Under the pieces are notes generated by a model. It was not told the origin of the DNA and made no database searches. It saw nothing but the letters and a program-made list of their open reading frames with translations. Source: Hypanus sabinus (lineage: Eukaryota). From it: a stretch of 64,000 bases of DNA. The position numbers and the translations under genes were made by a program. Where the stretch lies: assembly GCF_030144855.1 (NCBI RefSeq), contig NC_082719.1, positions 81,530,001 through 81,594,000 on the forward strand, in the 5' to 3' direction. Shown here one piece after another: positions 63,040 through 64,000 of this stretch; position 1 is the stretch's first letter; every line of letters starts with the position of its first letter.

Positions 63040-64000
63040 AGGTATGTAGAGGGGCAAGTTGTGTTGAGGAATCAACGAGACTGACTTGGACAGATTGGGA
63101 GAATGGGCAAAGAAGTGGAAGATGGAATTTCGTGCAGAGAAGAGTGTAGTCTTGCACTGTGATAGAAGGAATAAAGGGTAGTCTGTTTCCGTTTAGAGCA
63201 AAAAGGCTTGCGAGTCTTGTGCAGTATTCTCTAAAAGTTAACTTACAGGTTAGTTGGTGGTAGGGAAGGCAAATGCAATGCGAGCATTCATTTTGAGTAG
63301 ACTAGAATATAATGATGATTCCAGGAATGAAAGGGTTATCATATGGGGAATGTTTGATGGCCCTGGGTCTGTACTCACTGTATTCAGAAGGATGAGGGGG
63401 TAGCTCATTGAAACTTTTGAAACTTTATGTTGAAAGGCCTAGACAGAATAAATGTGGAAAGGATGTTTCCCATGGTAGGAGAGTCTTGGACAAGAGGGCT
63501 CAGCCTCAGGATAGGGGGCGCCCTTTCAAAACAGAGAGGCAGAGAAATTTCTTTAGCTAAGGGTGGTGAATTTGTGGAATTGGTTGCCACATGCAGCTGT
63601 GAAGGCCAGGTCGTTGGGTATATTTAAGGCAGAGGCTGATAGGTTCTTGATTGGACATGGCATCAGAGGTTACGGGGGGAAGGCCAGGAACTCCGGTTGA
63701 GAGGAGGGAGAAAATAATCAGCCATGATTGAATGGCAGAGCAGACTTGATGGACCGGATGGCCTAATTCTGCTCCTATGTCTTATAATCCTATAGTCTAA
63801 GAGGAAGGATATGATGCTGAGGCTTTATAGGACACTGGTCAGACCACACTTGGAGTATTCTGAGCAGTTTTTGGTGACATATCTAATAAAAAAGATGAGC
63901 TGCCATTGAAGAGGGTCCAAAGAATGTTCAAGAGAATGATTCCATGAATGAAAGGGTTAACATCTGAGGAGCGTTTGATGACTCTGGGCCTGTACTCACT
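63040..64000 (+). mobile_element. CR1 3' region with a second CR1 3' end nested at about 63312-63798
   Basis: Outer copy LEY|KRKDMMLRLYRTLVRPHLEYSEQF is split by an inner copy ending tcctatgtcttataatcctatagtct. Confidence 0.8.

Noticed and set aside
59612-64000. Next HERC1-like exon (expected GFVVTQL..CGSDGHS-like)
   Set aside because: Not found by eye; presumably beyond the window, so not evidence of truncation.
1-64000. CRISPR arrays, prokaryotic operons, intronic snoRNAs, U12 introns
   Set aside because: No repeat-spacer periodicity, no convincing C/D or H/ACA structure seen, and no donor matches the U12 consensus GTATCCTT.

Overview
Vertebrate genomic DNA. The repeat families (HE1/V-SINEs, HER1-like CR1 LINEs with esterase ORF1, Rex1/Babar, hammerhead-bearing Penelope tails) point to an elasmobranch (shark or ray); this is inferred, not proven. 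The window lies inside one + strand gene. I traced 18 GT-AG exons (6788-59611; 3036 nt, about 1012 codons, all phases consistent, no stops). They encode the pre-WD40 helical region, the WD40 repeats and the start of the second RCC1-like domain of a HERC1-family giant HECT E3 ligase. The protein looks much more diverged from human HERC1 than an ortholog should, so it may be a HERC1 paralog. Introns are mostly nested, decayed transposons: CR1, Rex1/Babar, L1, Penelope-like, Tc1, pogo/Tigger, hAT, PIF/Harbinger and SINEs. Most notable: (i) the candidate HERC1 paralog; (ii) two DNA transposons that resemble mammalian Tigger4/Zombi and MER119 at nucleotide level (possible horizontal transfer); (iii) dispersed minimal hammerhead-ribozyme repeats; (iv) a two-tailed inverted Rex dimer replacing part of a Penelope element. 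Family names and comparisons with human sequences come from memory and need database confirmation; most TE boundaries are approximate. No CRISPR array, rRNA, tRNA gene or prokaryotic system is present.
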